Positions 16,364-25,077 of a stretch of 45,193 bases of DNA are shown in pieces. The DNA comes from a virus. Each line of letters starts with the position of its first letter. Within the stretch, counting starts at the first letter, position 1. The notes beneath the pieces were generated by a model, which had not been told where the DNA came from, did not search any database, and was given only the letters and a program-made list of their open reading frames with translations. The translations under genes were made by a program, and so were the position numbers. The stretch lies in the IMG/VR virus record IMGVR_UViG_3300045988_155187. The stretch is one strand, 5' to 3'.

Positions 16364-16789
16364 ATGGTAAACAATCTTGGTCAATATTTACAAAATGAGC
16401 GCAATAAAAGAAATATGAGCCTAAGAGAATTTTCAAAGTACCTAGGTATTAGTCATTCATATCTTAATAAATTAGAAAACGGTGTTGATTCACGTACTGG
16501 TAAACCTGTATCGCCAACAATTGAAATGTTAAATGACATCAGTAAATCATTACATGTTTCATTAGAATATCTTTTGGAAATGGCCGGATATGTAAAAAAT
16601 AGCAATTTAAACAATGAGTATAACTCATTTTCAACACCACAAGAAGCATTGAGTTTTATTCTTAAACAAGAAATGATTGCGGATTATGGTGGATATGATC
16701 TTGATACTATGTCTGATGATGAAATAATGGAAATGGCTGAAGATGTGGCAGATATGTTAAAAATTGTTTCAAGAAAGCACAAAAAATAA
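16364..16789 (+). CDS. CI-like XRE-family repressor
   Basis: ATG 16364 lies 9 nt after AGGAGG. MSLREFSKYLGISHSYLNKLENG forms the HTH. A C-terminal extension follows. Confidence 0.85.
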   Translation: MVNNLGQYLQNERNKRNMSLREFSKYLGISHSYLNKLENGVDSRTGKPVSPTIEMLNDISKSLHVSLEYLLEMAGYVKNSNLNNEYNSFSTPQEALSFILKQEMIADYGGYDLDTMSDDEIMEMAEDVADMLKIVSRKHKK

Positions 16790-16816
16790 ATAATTATTAA
16801 ATGGGAGAAATGTGCT

Positions 16817-17245
16817 ATGGAATTAAAGACAAAACTAAATAATATTGTAAATAACTATAATACGACCAATGTTAAAGAAATATGCGATTACCTAGATATA
16901 GAGATTGCATATACAGAATTTAAAGCAAAAACACTAGAATCACGATTAATGATTATTGATGGTAATGGTTATATTTTTGTTCGACCAAATTTAGATGAGC
17001 GCTATGAAAATTTTTTAATTGCTCACGAACTCGGACACTATATTCTACATTACGATAAGAACATTAATTTTAACTTTTTAAAACGTATCTATAAAACAAG
17101 ATTAGAAAAAGAAGCTAACGAATTTGCAATCAGACTACTAACCTATGATATTAATTTAAAAGATTATGATAATTTAGAATTTTTAGCAAAAGAAAAAGGG
17201 ATACCACTCAAAATATGGTATTCAATAGTATGCATTGAGAGGTAA
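16817..17245 (+). CDS. ImmA/IrrE-family metallopeptidase (anti-repressor protease)
   Basis: ORF track. FLIAHELGHYILH and ..EKEANEFAIRLL. Immediately downstream of the XRE repressor gene, the usual ImmR/ImmA arrangement. Confidence 0.85.
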   Translation: MELKTKLNNIVNNYNTTNVKEICDYLDIEIAYTEFKAKTLESRLMIIDGNGYIFVRPNLDERYENFLIAHELGHYILHYDKNINFNFLKRIYKTRLEKEANEFAIRLLTYDINLKDYDNLEFLAKEKGIPLKIWYSIVCIER

Positions 17246-17251
17246 TAATAA

Positions 17252-18655
17252 ATGGGATTTAAAGATAAATTTAACAATGTAATAAAGGATATTAGCAAAG
17301 CAGCGCTTGATAAAACAACCGATACAATTGATAATAAACTAGATAATATGGGTAAAAAGAGCAAAGCAACTAAAATATCCGAATTAGAAAATGAAATAAT
17401 TTACTATAAAAAACAAATAGATGAACTTGGAGGAAAAGAGTACTCTGAAATCCAAAATCTAATAACAAAATCTAAAAAATCTTTTGAACAAATAAACTAT
17501 GAAATAGGTACTCTTAAATCAACTGTTGATAGTTTAAATAACGAAATTACCAATTTAAATGAGATTATCAAATCAAAGAGAATGTTAATAACTGATCTAG
17601 ATGATGAAATAGCTTATCAAGAGTTCGGTTTATATAAACCAAAATATAGCTGTATGAACAGTGAAGAATACGCTGAACAAATCAAACAGATTAGAATAAA
17701 GCAAAAAACGATGATAAAAGAAAAAAAAGCTCTATCATACTCTGACACATGGACATTAGACGGTAGTAAAGCAAAGGGGCGTGCAATGAATAACGATAAT
17801 ATGAAAATGGTCCTTAGAGCTTTCAATAACGAATGCGATGTGTTGATATCTAAAGTAAAATTTAACAATGTGGATAAAATTGAAAACCAAATTTACAAAG
17901 TTGCAGAACAAATAGATAAACTTAATTCAAGGAATAAAATTTCTATATTAAATAAATATATTACTTTAAAAATCGAAGAATTGCATTTAGTCCATGAATA
18001 CGCAGTCAAAAAACAAGAAGAAAAAGAAACTCTGCGCGAACAAAGGGCTAAAGAAAGAGAAGAAGCAAAATTACAAAAAGAAATCGAAGAAGCTAGAAAA
18101 GTATTTATCAAAGAACAAACACATTACAATAACGCACTTGAAAAACTATTATCACAACTTGCTAATACTAATGAATCTAATAAGCAAGAACTTGAGAAAA
18201 AAATTAATGAAACTAAAGATAAGCTTGCTGAAATAGAAAAAGGACTAGAAGATATTGATTATCGTGAAGCAAACAAAAAAGCTGGATATGTTTATATTAT
18301 TTCAAATATAGGGGCTTTTGGAGAAGATGTTTATAAAATCGGTATGACTAGAAGATTAGAACCACAAGATCGAGTTGATGAATTAGGTGATGCCTCTGTA
18401 CCATTTAAGTTTGACGTTCATGCCATGATTTTTAGTGATAATGCTCCAAAACTAGAAGCAGCATTACATCAAGCTTTTGATGATAAAAAATTAAATATGA
18501 TTAATAATAGGAAAGAATTTTTTAAAGTTAAACTTGATGAAATAGAAAAAGTAGTAAAAGAAAACCATGACAAACTAATTGAATTTGTTAAATTTCCTGA
18601 TGCAGAACAATATAGAGAATCAATCATACTAAGAAATATGAAAAAGGAAATTTAA
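17252..18655 (+). CDS. DUF4041 + T5orf172/MUG113 (GIY-YIG-like) domain protein, 467 aa
   Basis: ORF track. Coiled-coil N-terminus. Central region LYKPKY...EEY...IK..R..QK.MI...KA resembles DUF4041 as remembered. C-terminal GYVYIISN...GEDVYKIGMTRRLEPQDRVDELGDASVPFKFDVHAMIFSDNAPKLEAALHQAF...R.N..N.RKEFF. Confidence 0.7.
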   Translation: MGFKDKFNNVIKDISKAALDKTTDTIDNKLDNMGKKSKATKISELENEIIYYKKQIDELGGKEYSEIQNLITKSKKSFEQINYEIGTLKSTVDSLNNEITNLNEIIKSKRMLITDLDDEIAYQEFGLYKPKYSCMNSEEYAEQIKQIRIKQKTMIKEKKALSYSDTWTLDGSKAKGRAMNNDNMKMVLRAFNNECDVLISKVKFNNVDKIENQIYKVAEQIDKLNSRNKISILNKYITLKIEELHLVHEYAVKKQEEKETLREQRAKEREEAKLQKEIEEARKVFIKEQTHYNNALEKLLSQLANTNESNKQELEKKINETKDKLAEIEKGLEDIDYREANKKAGYVYIISNIGAFGEDVYKIGMTRRLEPQDRVDELGDASVPFKFDVHAMIFSDNAPKLEAALHQAFDDKKLNMINNRKEFFKVKLDEIEKVVKENHDKLIEFVKFPDAEQYRESIILRNMKKEI

Positions 18656-18728
18656 TATTTTAGACATAACCAAATACGGTAAACACACTTCATAGTGTTT
18701 ATATAAAATTTTGAAGGGAGAACTAAGT

Positions 18729-19145
18729 ATGAAGAAAATTTTAAGTTTATTTTTAGTCCTTGGACTTTGCTTTGGACTAACAGGATGCGGAGGAAGTGGA
18801 TCTGATTCAAGCGATAAAGCTGAAGAAAAAGTCACTTATGAAAGTATCCTTAATGACTACACTAAAAAAATTAAAGATGCTACACCTGGAATTGTAGAGG
18901 AATTTAAAACTGAAGCTGAAGCTAAAAAAAGTGATATTAATGCATTAGCCGAATTATCAAATTCTAAAATTGAAAAACTTGCTGAAATTTGTAACGAAGG
19001 TGTAGAAAAGATGGCTGAATTAAAATTAAAAAACGGTGATGATGATACTACTTATACAGATTGGGCTAAAAAACTTCAAGATGTTTATACTGAACAATCT
19101 AAGCAAATTTCGGATGCATATCTAAGTGTAGCAACCGGTCAATAG
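18729..19145 (+). CDS. Prophage lipoprotein (138 aa)
   Basis: ATG 18729 follows GAAGGGAG. Signal peptide MKKILSLFLVLGLCFGLTGC with lipobox L-T-G-C. Confidence 0.8.
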   Translation: MKKILSLFLVLGLCFGLTGCGGSGSDSSDKAEEKVTYESILNDYTKKIKDATPGIVEEFKTEAEAKKSDINALAELSNSKIEKLAEICNEGVEKMAELKLKNGDDDTTYTDWAKKLQDVYTEQSKQISDAYLSVATGQ

Positions 19146-19169
19146 TCAGGATAAAATAAAAACACAAAG

Positions 19170-19188
19170 GTCCACTCAGTGGACTTTT
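19170..19188 (+). terminator. Short rho-independent terminator after the lipoprotein gene
   Basis: GTCCAC-TCA-GTGGAC followed by TTTT. Confidence 0.45.
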
Positions 19189-19206
19189 ATGTTAGGAGGA
19201 ATTAAA

Positions 19207-19407
19207 TTGAAAAAAAGAATTGATACAAATCATGAAAAAAATTTAGACTACTTTCAAGATAATTATCCCGAATTATTGGATGATTACATAGATTTTTATG
19301 AAAACGGTGTAACATTAAGCGACGGGGAAATTACACCGGAAGATATGGTTGATATTGTAAGAATAACATCAAATTTTAACAAAGATAATTATTTTAAATT
19401 AAATTAA
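19207..19407 (+). CDS. Small, strongly acidic hypothetical protein (66 aa)
   Basis: TTG 19207 lies 7 nt after AGGAGG (19194-19199). About 15 Asp/Glu against about 7 basic residues. Confidence 0.5.
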   Translation: MKKRIDTNHEKNLDYFQDNYPELLDDYIDFYENGVTLSDGEITPEDMVDIVRITSNFNKDNYFKLN

Positions 19408-19432
19408 ACATACAATTTATAGAAAGAGAAAG

Positions 19433-20965
19433 TTGGTGAAAAAAATGTATGGGATGTATTTAAGAAAATCTCGTAGCGATGATCCAAACGAAGATATAAA
19501 TGATACACTGGCCAAACACGAAAAGATATTATTTGATTTAGCCGATTCCTTAAACATAAACAGAAAAGAAATAATGCAATTTAAAGAGGTCGTATCCGGT
19601 GAGAATATTCAGAACAGACCTGAAATGAAGAAATTACTTGAGTATGTAATGGAGGGTGTCTTAGAGGGTGTTCTTGTAGTTGATAGTCAGCGTCTTGCTC
19701 GTGGTGATACTGTAGATCAGGGAACTATTATAAGAGCATTTAGTATAAATAATACAAAGATAATTACTCCCATGAAGACGATTGACCCACAAAACGAATA
19801 TGACCAGGAGTATTTTGAATTTGATTTATTTATGGGTAGACGCGAATACAAGATGATTACCCGTCGTATGCAGCGTGGGCGCCATATTGCAGCACAAGAG
19901 GGTTACTATGTTGGTAGCATCGCTCCCTATTCTTTTAGTCGTATTAAACTAGACAAAGGATATTCACTCGAAATATACGAAGAGGAAAACATAGTTTTCA
20001 ACATTATGAAAAAAAAGGCGCTTGAAGATGAAGGGTCTACAAATATATCTAATCATTTAAATGAATTAGGATATAAACCAAGAAAAGGTGAATATTGGAC
20101 TAAAAGTGCAGTCGAAGCGATACTGCTAAATGAAACTAATTTAGGATTAATAAAATGGAATTCTAGAAAAGAAGTAAAAGTTTTTAAAGACGGTAAAATT
20201 GTAAAAACACGCCCAAGAAATCCTAACTATGAACTCTATCCCGGTAAACATCCTGCCATAATGACGCAAGATGAATATGATAGAATTAAATTTTTAATGA
20301 AAAAACGAAGTCATCCAGTAAAAAAAGATAAAACCTTACAAAATCCATTAGCTGGTTTAATCGTATGTGGATTTTGTAATCATAAAATGGCAAGGCGACC
20401 TTATAAAAATGGTAGAGTTGAAACTATCCTATGTACCACATCACGATGTAAAAACGTTGCAAGTGATATTCATGTAGTCGAACAACGTATAATAGATACT
20501 CTTAAAGATACACTAAAAAACTATACTAACTACGTTAATAATTATTCTGTTTCTGTTAATAAAACTTACGATGATAATAAAAAACTACAACTTGAAGAAT
20601 GTGATAAAGAGCTTGAAAAATTAAATAAGCAAATTATAAAAGCGTGCGAAATGCTCGAGTTAGGAGCGTATACAGTTGAATTATTCAAAGAACGTAAAAA
20701 TACCCTCGAAAATAAAATTAACACTGTAAACAAAAGAAAAGACATCCTAGCAAAAGAAACGGAAGCAATGAAAATAGAACAATATAAAAAAGCTATCCCA
20801 CAATTACAAAATGCAATTGATTTATATTGGAAAAGCTCTACAGAAGAAAAAAACAAAATATTAAAATCCATTATAGATAAATGTATCTATAAAAAAGAAA
20901 AAGGAGGACGTTGGGATCCTGATGCGATAAAGCAATTTAAGTTAGAAATATATTTAAAGGTGTAA
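19433..20965 (+). CDS. int: Large serine recombinase (integrase)
   Basis: ORF track. N-terminal resolvase-type catalytic domain (YLRKSRSD..., VVDSQRLARG), recombinase domain, CGFCNHKM..C..SRC zinc ribbon, C-terminal coiled coil. Start is ambiguous: TTG 19433, GTG 19436 or ATG 19445. Confidence 0.9.
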   Translation: MVKKMYGMYLRKSRSDDPNEDINDTLAKHEKILFDLADSLNINRKEIMQFKEVVSGENIQNRPEMKKLLEYVMEGVLEGVLVVDSQRLARGDTVDQGTIIRAFSINNTKIITPMKTIDPQNEYDQEYFEFDLFMGRREYKMITRRMQRGRHIAAQEGYYVGSIAPYSFSRIKLDKGYSLEIYEEENIVFNIMKKKALEDEGSTNISNHLNELGYKPRKGEYWTKSAVEAILLNETNLGLIKWNSRKEVKVFKDGKIVKTRPRNPNYELYPGKHPAIMTQDEYDRIKFLMKKRSHPVKKDKTLQNPLAGLIVCGFCNHKMARRPYKNGRVETILCTTSRCKNVASDIHVVEQRIIDTLKDTLKNYTNYVNNYSVSVNKTYDDNKKLQLEECDKELEKLNKQIIKACEMLELGAYTVELFKERKNTLENKINTVNKRKDILAKETEAMKIEQYKKAIPQLQNAIDLYWKSSTEEKNKILKSIIDKCIYKKEKGGRWDPDAIKQFKLEIYLKV

Positions 20966-21039
20966 TAAGTCACATTATAACCTACATCATTTATGGGCTA
21001 ATTCTTCAGTACCAAAAAGATATACATAATATTTTAGTT

Positions 21040-21095
21040 TTTTATTTCCTTAAATTATACCATATATATATATATAATAAGGATAGAATAATACT
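21040..21095. other. Candidate attP core (imperfect inverted repeat around a TA-repeat)
   Basis: TTATTTCCTTA (21042-21052) ... (AT)7A (21062-21076) ... TAAGGATAGAATAA (21078-21091). In the 190-bp non-coding stretch directly downstream of the serine integrase gene. Confidence 0.35.
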
Positions 21096-21107
21096 AGTCG
21101 ATATAAC

Positions 21108-21137
21108 TTGAATTATTAATAAGAGAATTACTATAAT
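21108..21137 (+). promoter_or_regulatory. Sigma-70-type promoter TTGAAT-18-TATAAT for the small moron gene
   Basis: TTGAAT 21108-21113 and TATAAT 21132-21137. GAGGTG RBS at 21145-21150. Confidence 0.5.
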
Positions 21138-21156
21138 ATATTTTGAGGTGTTAAAT

Positions 21157-21333
21157 ATGAATTTAAAGGACAGAAAACTGCAAGAAGCAAAAACAAAATT
21201 AAAGGTGCTGGAAGAAAAACTAAAATTCTTGGAATTTTCCAATTTCCAGGATAAGGAAGAAAAAATAATAGACTGTAAACATGCAATAGAAAAACAAAAA
21301 CGTATAATACGAAATGTCGAAAGTTATTATTAA
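21157..21333 (+). CDS. 58-aa coiled-coil hypothetical protein (moron-like, own promoter and terminator)
   Basis: ATG 21157 lies 6 nt after GAGGTG. Flanked by a promoter and a terminator. Opposite orientation to the lysis genes. Confidence 0.55.
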   Translation: MNLKDRKLQEAKTKLKVLEEKLKFLEFSNFQDKEEKIIDCKHAIEKQKRIIRNVESYY

Positions 21334-21338
21334 AAGAT

Positions 21339-21371
21339 ACAGTGTCATATTTTATGGCATTGTTTTTTTTT
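21339..21371 (+). terminator. Rho-independent terminator
   Basis: ACAGTGTCAT-ATTTT-ATGGCATTGT (two G.U pairs in RNA) followed by T8. Confidence 0.65.
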
Positions 21372-21396
21372 ATTTTTAATAAAAAATTTCCGAAAA

Positions 21397-21430
21397 ATAA
21401 AAAAAGCCTAGATCAATTAGACCTAGGCTT
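21397..21430 (-). terminator. Rho-independent terminator at the end of the late/lysis operon
   Basis: Minus strand reads AAGCCTAG-GTCTAATTGAT-CTAGGCTT followed by TTTTTTT. Confidence 0.65.
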
Positions 21431-21581
21431 ACTTTTTATATATTTATTATTGATATATATTTTTTTACCATATCCAGAAGTGATTATACTATGAGATAGC
21501 CCCTTATGTATAAGGGTGTATTCTATTCGGGTATTTAATTTGCTACCATGAACATCTTCAGCACCGTGTTTTAGATAAACT

Positions 21582-21818
21582 TTATTCATAAGCATAAACA
21601 CCCATCTGATTTTGGAGTTCTTCAGATAGCTCGTAGTATTTCTGGTATTGAGATTTATAATAATCTCTATCGCCTCTAGCATCATAGAGTTCCTGCTTTG
21701 TTAATTCTAGATTGGTTTTTAGATTACTGGATACTTGTTTTTCTTGTACCAGAGCAATTCCTAATAGTAATGATAACAGCACTAGAATGGCTAAAATTGA
21801 TGTTTCTAAGCGTTTCAT
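21582..21818 (-). CDS. Small bitopic membrane protein downstream of the endolysin gene
   Basis: ORF track. N-terminal TM helix (ILAILVLLSLLLGIALV) followed by a coiled coil. Confidence 0.5.
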   Translation of the reverse strand: MKRLETSILAILVLLSLLLGIALVQEKQVSSNLKTNLELTKQELYDARGDRDYYKSQYQKYYELSEELQNQMGVYAYE

Positions 21819-21822
21819 AGCT

Positions 21823-22752
21823 TTACACCTTTTTTAGATAATCACCACTAACCCAGCCGCTTGGAATTCTAGCCCATCCATTAGACCATTCTTTTACGGT
21901 AACACGAGTACCCTTGTTTAGACATCCGTCTTTATCATAATCATGTTTTTTTGCATCAACTGTTAATTCATTATATGTTTTTCTTCTGTAATTTTCTCCA
22001 GGACCAGTACGAACACTTAAATCACTGGCGGTTACTTCATAAATTCCCAAATTTTGTGCTACACTATCTTGAACTTTAGTGCAATATTGTAGAGATACCC
22101 ATCCTTCACCTGTATAGCCCCAACCATTTTCCTCTTTAGAGATGGTTAATTCTGTACCATTGGCATAAGCCTTAACCTTTGCACCGTTTGGAGCATTACG
22201 ACAGTTTACACCGCTTGGCGTATTTACTCTAACCTTATAATTAACTTCACTAGGTTTAGGTGTAGATTGTGAATTTGATCCACTATATTTAGGTACACCA
22301 TAACCTCGAATAGATGCATTGCCAACTGCAATAGTTCTACGAGCTACTGCATCCGATTTATTACCTTCAATTACAGTAATTTGATTGCCTGATACACTTT
22401 CTACAATTCCAACGTGTTCTGGCCAACCATCTTTTTTATCCCAGTCATAAAAGATAATATCTCCCGGATTAGGTGTGACATTGCCATCTTCTTGCCAACA
22501 CCCAATATTTTTAAACAGTTCGATCATTTTTCCGCATGATGCTTCAGTTGGAATAATATCCGTACAATTACATTTAATAGCTAATGCACTAATAAAAGTA
22601 GCACACCAACTGTCTGTATATTTTACTTTGTAACCTCTTGCTAATGGTTTGTGACCATTATAAATATCAATAATCTCTTTATGACTTCCATTTGATTCCT
22701 TTTTTCCAATCCAAGCCCGTGCTTGATTTAATAATTCATTTACTGTTGTCAT
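21823..22752 (-). CDS. Endolysin: CHAP peptidase/amidase domain + two SH3b cell-wall-binding domains
   Basis: Start at MTTVNELL (ATG 22752, GGAGGA upstream). DSWCATFIS (Cys) and PEHVGIVE (His). Two C-terminal repeats ..NGW....GWVS..Y.. Confidence 0.85.
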   Translation of the reverse strand: MTTVNELLNQARAWIGKKESNGSHKEIIDIYNGHKPLARGYKVKYTDSWCATFISALAIKCNCTDIIPTEASCGKMIELFKNIGCWQEDGNVTPNPGDIIFYDWDKKDGWPEHVGIVESVSGNQITVIEGNKSDAVARRTIAVGNASIRGYGVPKYSGSNSQSTPKPSEVNYKVRVNTPSGVNCRNAPNGAKVKAYANGTELTISKEENGWGYTGEGWVSLQYCTKVQDSVAQNLGIYEVTASDLSVRTGPGENYRRKTYNELTVDAKKHDYDKDGCLNKGTRVTVKEWSNGWARIPSGWVSGDYLKKV

Positions 22753-22753
22753 T

Positions 22754-23026
22754 TTATTTATCCTCCAATTTAACGCATTTTTTTTCCCATTTTTTGTAAG
22801 CATCGAAATACACTTCATTTTTATCACCGTTATATGTTAATTCATAGTACATTCCATCACTAACAGTTGTAGACAATAAAGCTTTGTTATTTTGCAATGT
22901 TTTACAACTCCATACCACAAACACATCAACTTCTGTAATTTGCTTTTTATCCGTTTTATCAAGATGTTCATTCGTATACTCAACAATCTCTTTCTTACAT
23001 AATTCAATGAATTCTTTTTCGTTCAT
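22754..23026 (-). CDS. Hypothetical protein of the lysis cassette
   Basis: Start at MNEKEF. Sits between the holin and endolysin genes. Confidence 0.5.
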   Translation of the reverse strand: MNEKEFIELCKKEIVEYTNEHLDKTDKKQITEVDVFVVWSCKTLQNNKALLSTTVSDGMYYELTYNGDKNEVYFDAYKKWEKKCVKLEDK

Positions 23027-23027
23027 A

Positions 23028-23501
23028 TTACTGTTCCTCACTTTCTTTGTTAATTAATTTGTCTGCTACTTCTAATCCTTTTGTTAAAACCGCTGGTACG
23101 TTATAACCTGCTTCTACAAAGTTCTCTAAAATCGATCTAATTTCATTTACTAATAGTGAGGCCAATACAAACCATCCTAAATAAGTTGTAACTCCTAAAT
23201 CGATATTAATAGATTTACCAATTTCAATAAAAAGAGCACTAGTCATAAATGCAACTAGAACCATGATCCAATATCCAATTTTTTTAAGAACACCTTTCCA
23301 TCCAGCTGCACTATTAGTTTTTTGAGCTATTCTTGATTTCATCCAACCAGTAAACCAGTCAATTATATTAAGAACAAGAAACGCTGCAAACAAAAACCAA
23401 TGTTCTCCAAAAATAAAGCTTAAAAAAGCGACTACCGCACCAGTAATCGCATTGTATGTGTCCATGTAATTCATATTGTTTAAAACATTCATTTTTTTCA
23501 T
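23028..23501 (-). CDS. Holin (Phage_holin_4_1 / TcdE-like family), possible dual start
   Basis: Three or four TM helices. ..NIIDWFTGWMKS......S..G..G..KKIGYW..V..A... is typical of this family. ATGs at 23501 and 23492 give M-K-K-M, a dual-start-like motif. Confidence 0.8.
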   Translation of the reverse strand: MKKMNVLNNMNYMDTYNAITGAVVAFLSFIFGEHWFLFAAFLVLNIIDWFTGWMKSRIAQKTNSAAGWKGVLKKIGYWIMVLVAFMTSALFIEIGKSINIDLGVTTYLGWFVLASLLVNEIRSILENFVEAGYNVPAVLTKGLEVADKLINKESEEQ

Positions 23502-23517
23502 TTTCCTCACCTTCAGC

Positions 23518-23760
23518 TTAAATTTTATTAAGTACAGCTAATACATAGCCTTCCTTGATACCTTCATCATTAATAATCTGTTTAATCTGTGTTAACTGTG
23601 ATTTCGAAGTATAATTGACTTCTTCTTCGACAGTTTCGATTTCTCTAAATAAAATATAATCGTTCTGCTCATAACTTGATTGTTTTAAAATCATATAATT
23701 TGTTTCAAGTAATTGGCTGAATTTACTTGCTGTAACATCTAATTCATGTGTTTTAATCAT
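23518..23760 (-). CDS. DUF3850/ASCH-like small protein
   Basis: ORF track. ..THEL.. N-terminus, DYILFRE, ..EGIKEGYVLAVL resemble the remembered DUF3850 consensus. Confidence 0.45.
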   Translation of the reverse strand: MIKTHELDVTASKFSQLLETNYMILKQSSYEQNDYILFREIETVEEEVNYTSKSQLTQIKQIINDEGIKEGYVLAVLNKI

Positions 23761-23859
23761 AATTTTTTCTCAACTTTCTTATCGATATCTATATCCAATA
23801 ACTCTTAAAATATGTTCTTCTATCTATTACTCTTTTGTTAATTGCCATAATCGTAGCTA

Positions 23860-24252
23860 CTAATCTGTTGTTTTAGTATAACGCAAAGTGATATAACCAG
23901 TGTAGCTACTCTTATCACTGGCACTTCCAATGATAATATCACCAGTTGTAGGGTAACAAATTATACTTTCTCCTAAGCTCCATGGGTTAACATTTGGAAT
24001 TGGCAATGCCGCAGATGGTGAACTTGCAACACCAGCGACATCAATAAATCTATCAATTTGATTAATGCCGTGCGATACTGTTTTAACATTATTATTTGGC
24101 AATGCTCCAATATTAATAGTTTTTTCATATATCTTCTTTCCATCTATCCAGTAACTTCCTGTAAATTGCTCAGCATTGGAGTATTTAAAAAATACCTCTT
24201 TACCATTTAATCTTTTTTCTTTATCTTTAAATCCAAATATTTTTATTGCCAT
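23860..24252 (-). CDS. Fibre-tip-like paralog 1 (130 aa)
   Basis: Shares AEQFTGSYWIDGKKIYEKT and C-terminal LRYTK with the two upstream paralogs. No SD. Confidence 0.65.
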   Translation of the reverse strand: MAIKIFGFKDKEKRLNGKEVFFKYSNAEQFTGSYWIDGKKIYEKTINIGALPNNNVKTVSHGINQIDRFIDVAGVASSPSAALPIPNVNPWSLGESIICYPTTGDIIIGSASDKSSYTGYITLRYTKTTD

Positions 24253-24261
24253 ATAAGTTAT

Positions 24262-24288
24262 GACTTTTAGAAATTTGTTCTTCTAATT
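24262..24288. repeat. Left arm of the inverted repeat flanking paralogs 2+3
   Basis: GACTTTTAGAAATTT-g-TTCTTCTAATT is the reverse complement of AATTAGAAGAA...AAATTTCTAAAAGTC at 25143-25177. Confidence 0.8.
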
Positions 24289-24639
24289 TTTCGTGTACCA
24301 TAATGTCAATACTACATCGTATCTAGTGTTTCCATTAGTGTTGATGTAAACATCTCCACCTGTAGTGACAAATAAGTCAGTGCTTGCAACACCATTTACA
24401 CCGCTTATTTTATCGTTAGCTCTCATTGAAAATTCATATCTTATATTTCTATCAAAATTAGCGATATTTTCTATTTTTCTAAAAGCATTAATAGTCCCTA
24501 AATTGTAAGATTTTTGATAAATCTTTTTGCCATCAAGCCAATATTCCCCAGTGAACTGTTCCTTAGTTGAATACTGAAAGTGAATATTCTTTTTTCTTAG
24601 TCTCAATCCGGTTATTAAATCAAACAATTGTATTGCCAT
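24283..24639 (-). CDS. Fibre-tip-like paralog 2 (118 aa)
   Basis: KEQFTGEYWLDGKKIYQKS ... LWYTKN. No SD. 9-nt gap to paralog 3. Confidence 0.65.
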   Translation of the reverse strand: MAIQLFDLITGLRLRKKNIHFQYSTKEQFTGEYWLDGKKIYQKSYNLGTINAFRKIENIANFDRNIRYEFSMRANDKISGVNGVASTDLFVTTGGDVYINTNGNTRYDVVLTLWYTKN

Positions 24640-24648
24640 TCATAATAT

Positions 24649-25077
24649 CTACATTTTGGTGTATCTAAAAGTAATATACGCATTTTTACACCCTGATTTT
24701 GGGACGTACCAGTAAAGTTGTTTATTGCTAGGTGTATACCAAGGTCCTCGACCATTGATCGTAAAGCCACTAGCATTTGGGTCACCAAAGTTACCATTAA
24801 TTGGCCATCTATTACCAGTATCTGAAGCTCCTCCGGATTCAATGTAATAACTGTTGCCCATATCAAACCAAATTTGATCTATGTTTGCACTACTCAAGGA
24901 AATAGTAGCTGTTGAATTACCGCTACGTGCTCCAACTGACCAAGTTCTCTGATAAATCTTTTTACCATCTACCCAATAATCTCCAGTAAATTGCTCACTA
25001 GTACTGAATCTACGTAATATGTCTTGTCTGCGTATCCTTTGTCCATCATTGAACATTTTGAATAAATCTATACTCAT
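24649..25077 (-). CDS. Fibre-tip-like paralog 3 (142 aa from ATG 25077)
   Basis: SEQFTGDYWVDGKKIYQRT ... FRYTKM. ATG 25077 overlaps the TGA of a 48-codon upstream ORF (ATGA). No SD. Confidence 0.65.
   Translation of the reverse strand: MSIDLFKMFNDGQRIRRQDILRRFSTSEQFTGDYWVDGKKIYQRTWSVGARSGNSTATISLSSANIDQIWFDMGNSYYIESGGASDTGNRWPINGNFGDPNASGFTINGRGPWYTPSNKQLYWYVPKSGCKNAYITFRYTKM

Noticed and set aside
21413-21685. 90-aa minus-strand ORF downstream of the lysis cassette
   Set aside because: It overlaps the 78-aa membrane-protein ORF in another frame and runs through the operon terminator hairpin (21404-21430). It has no RBS.
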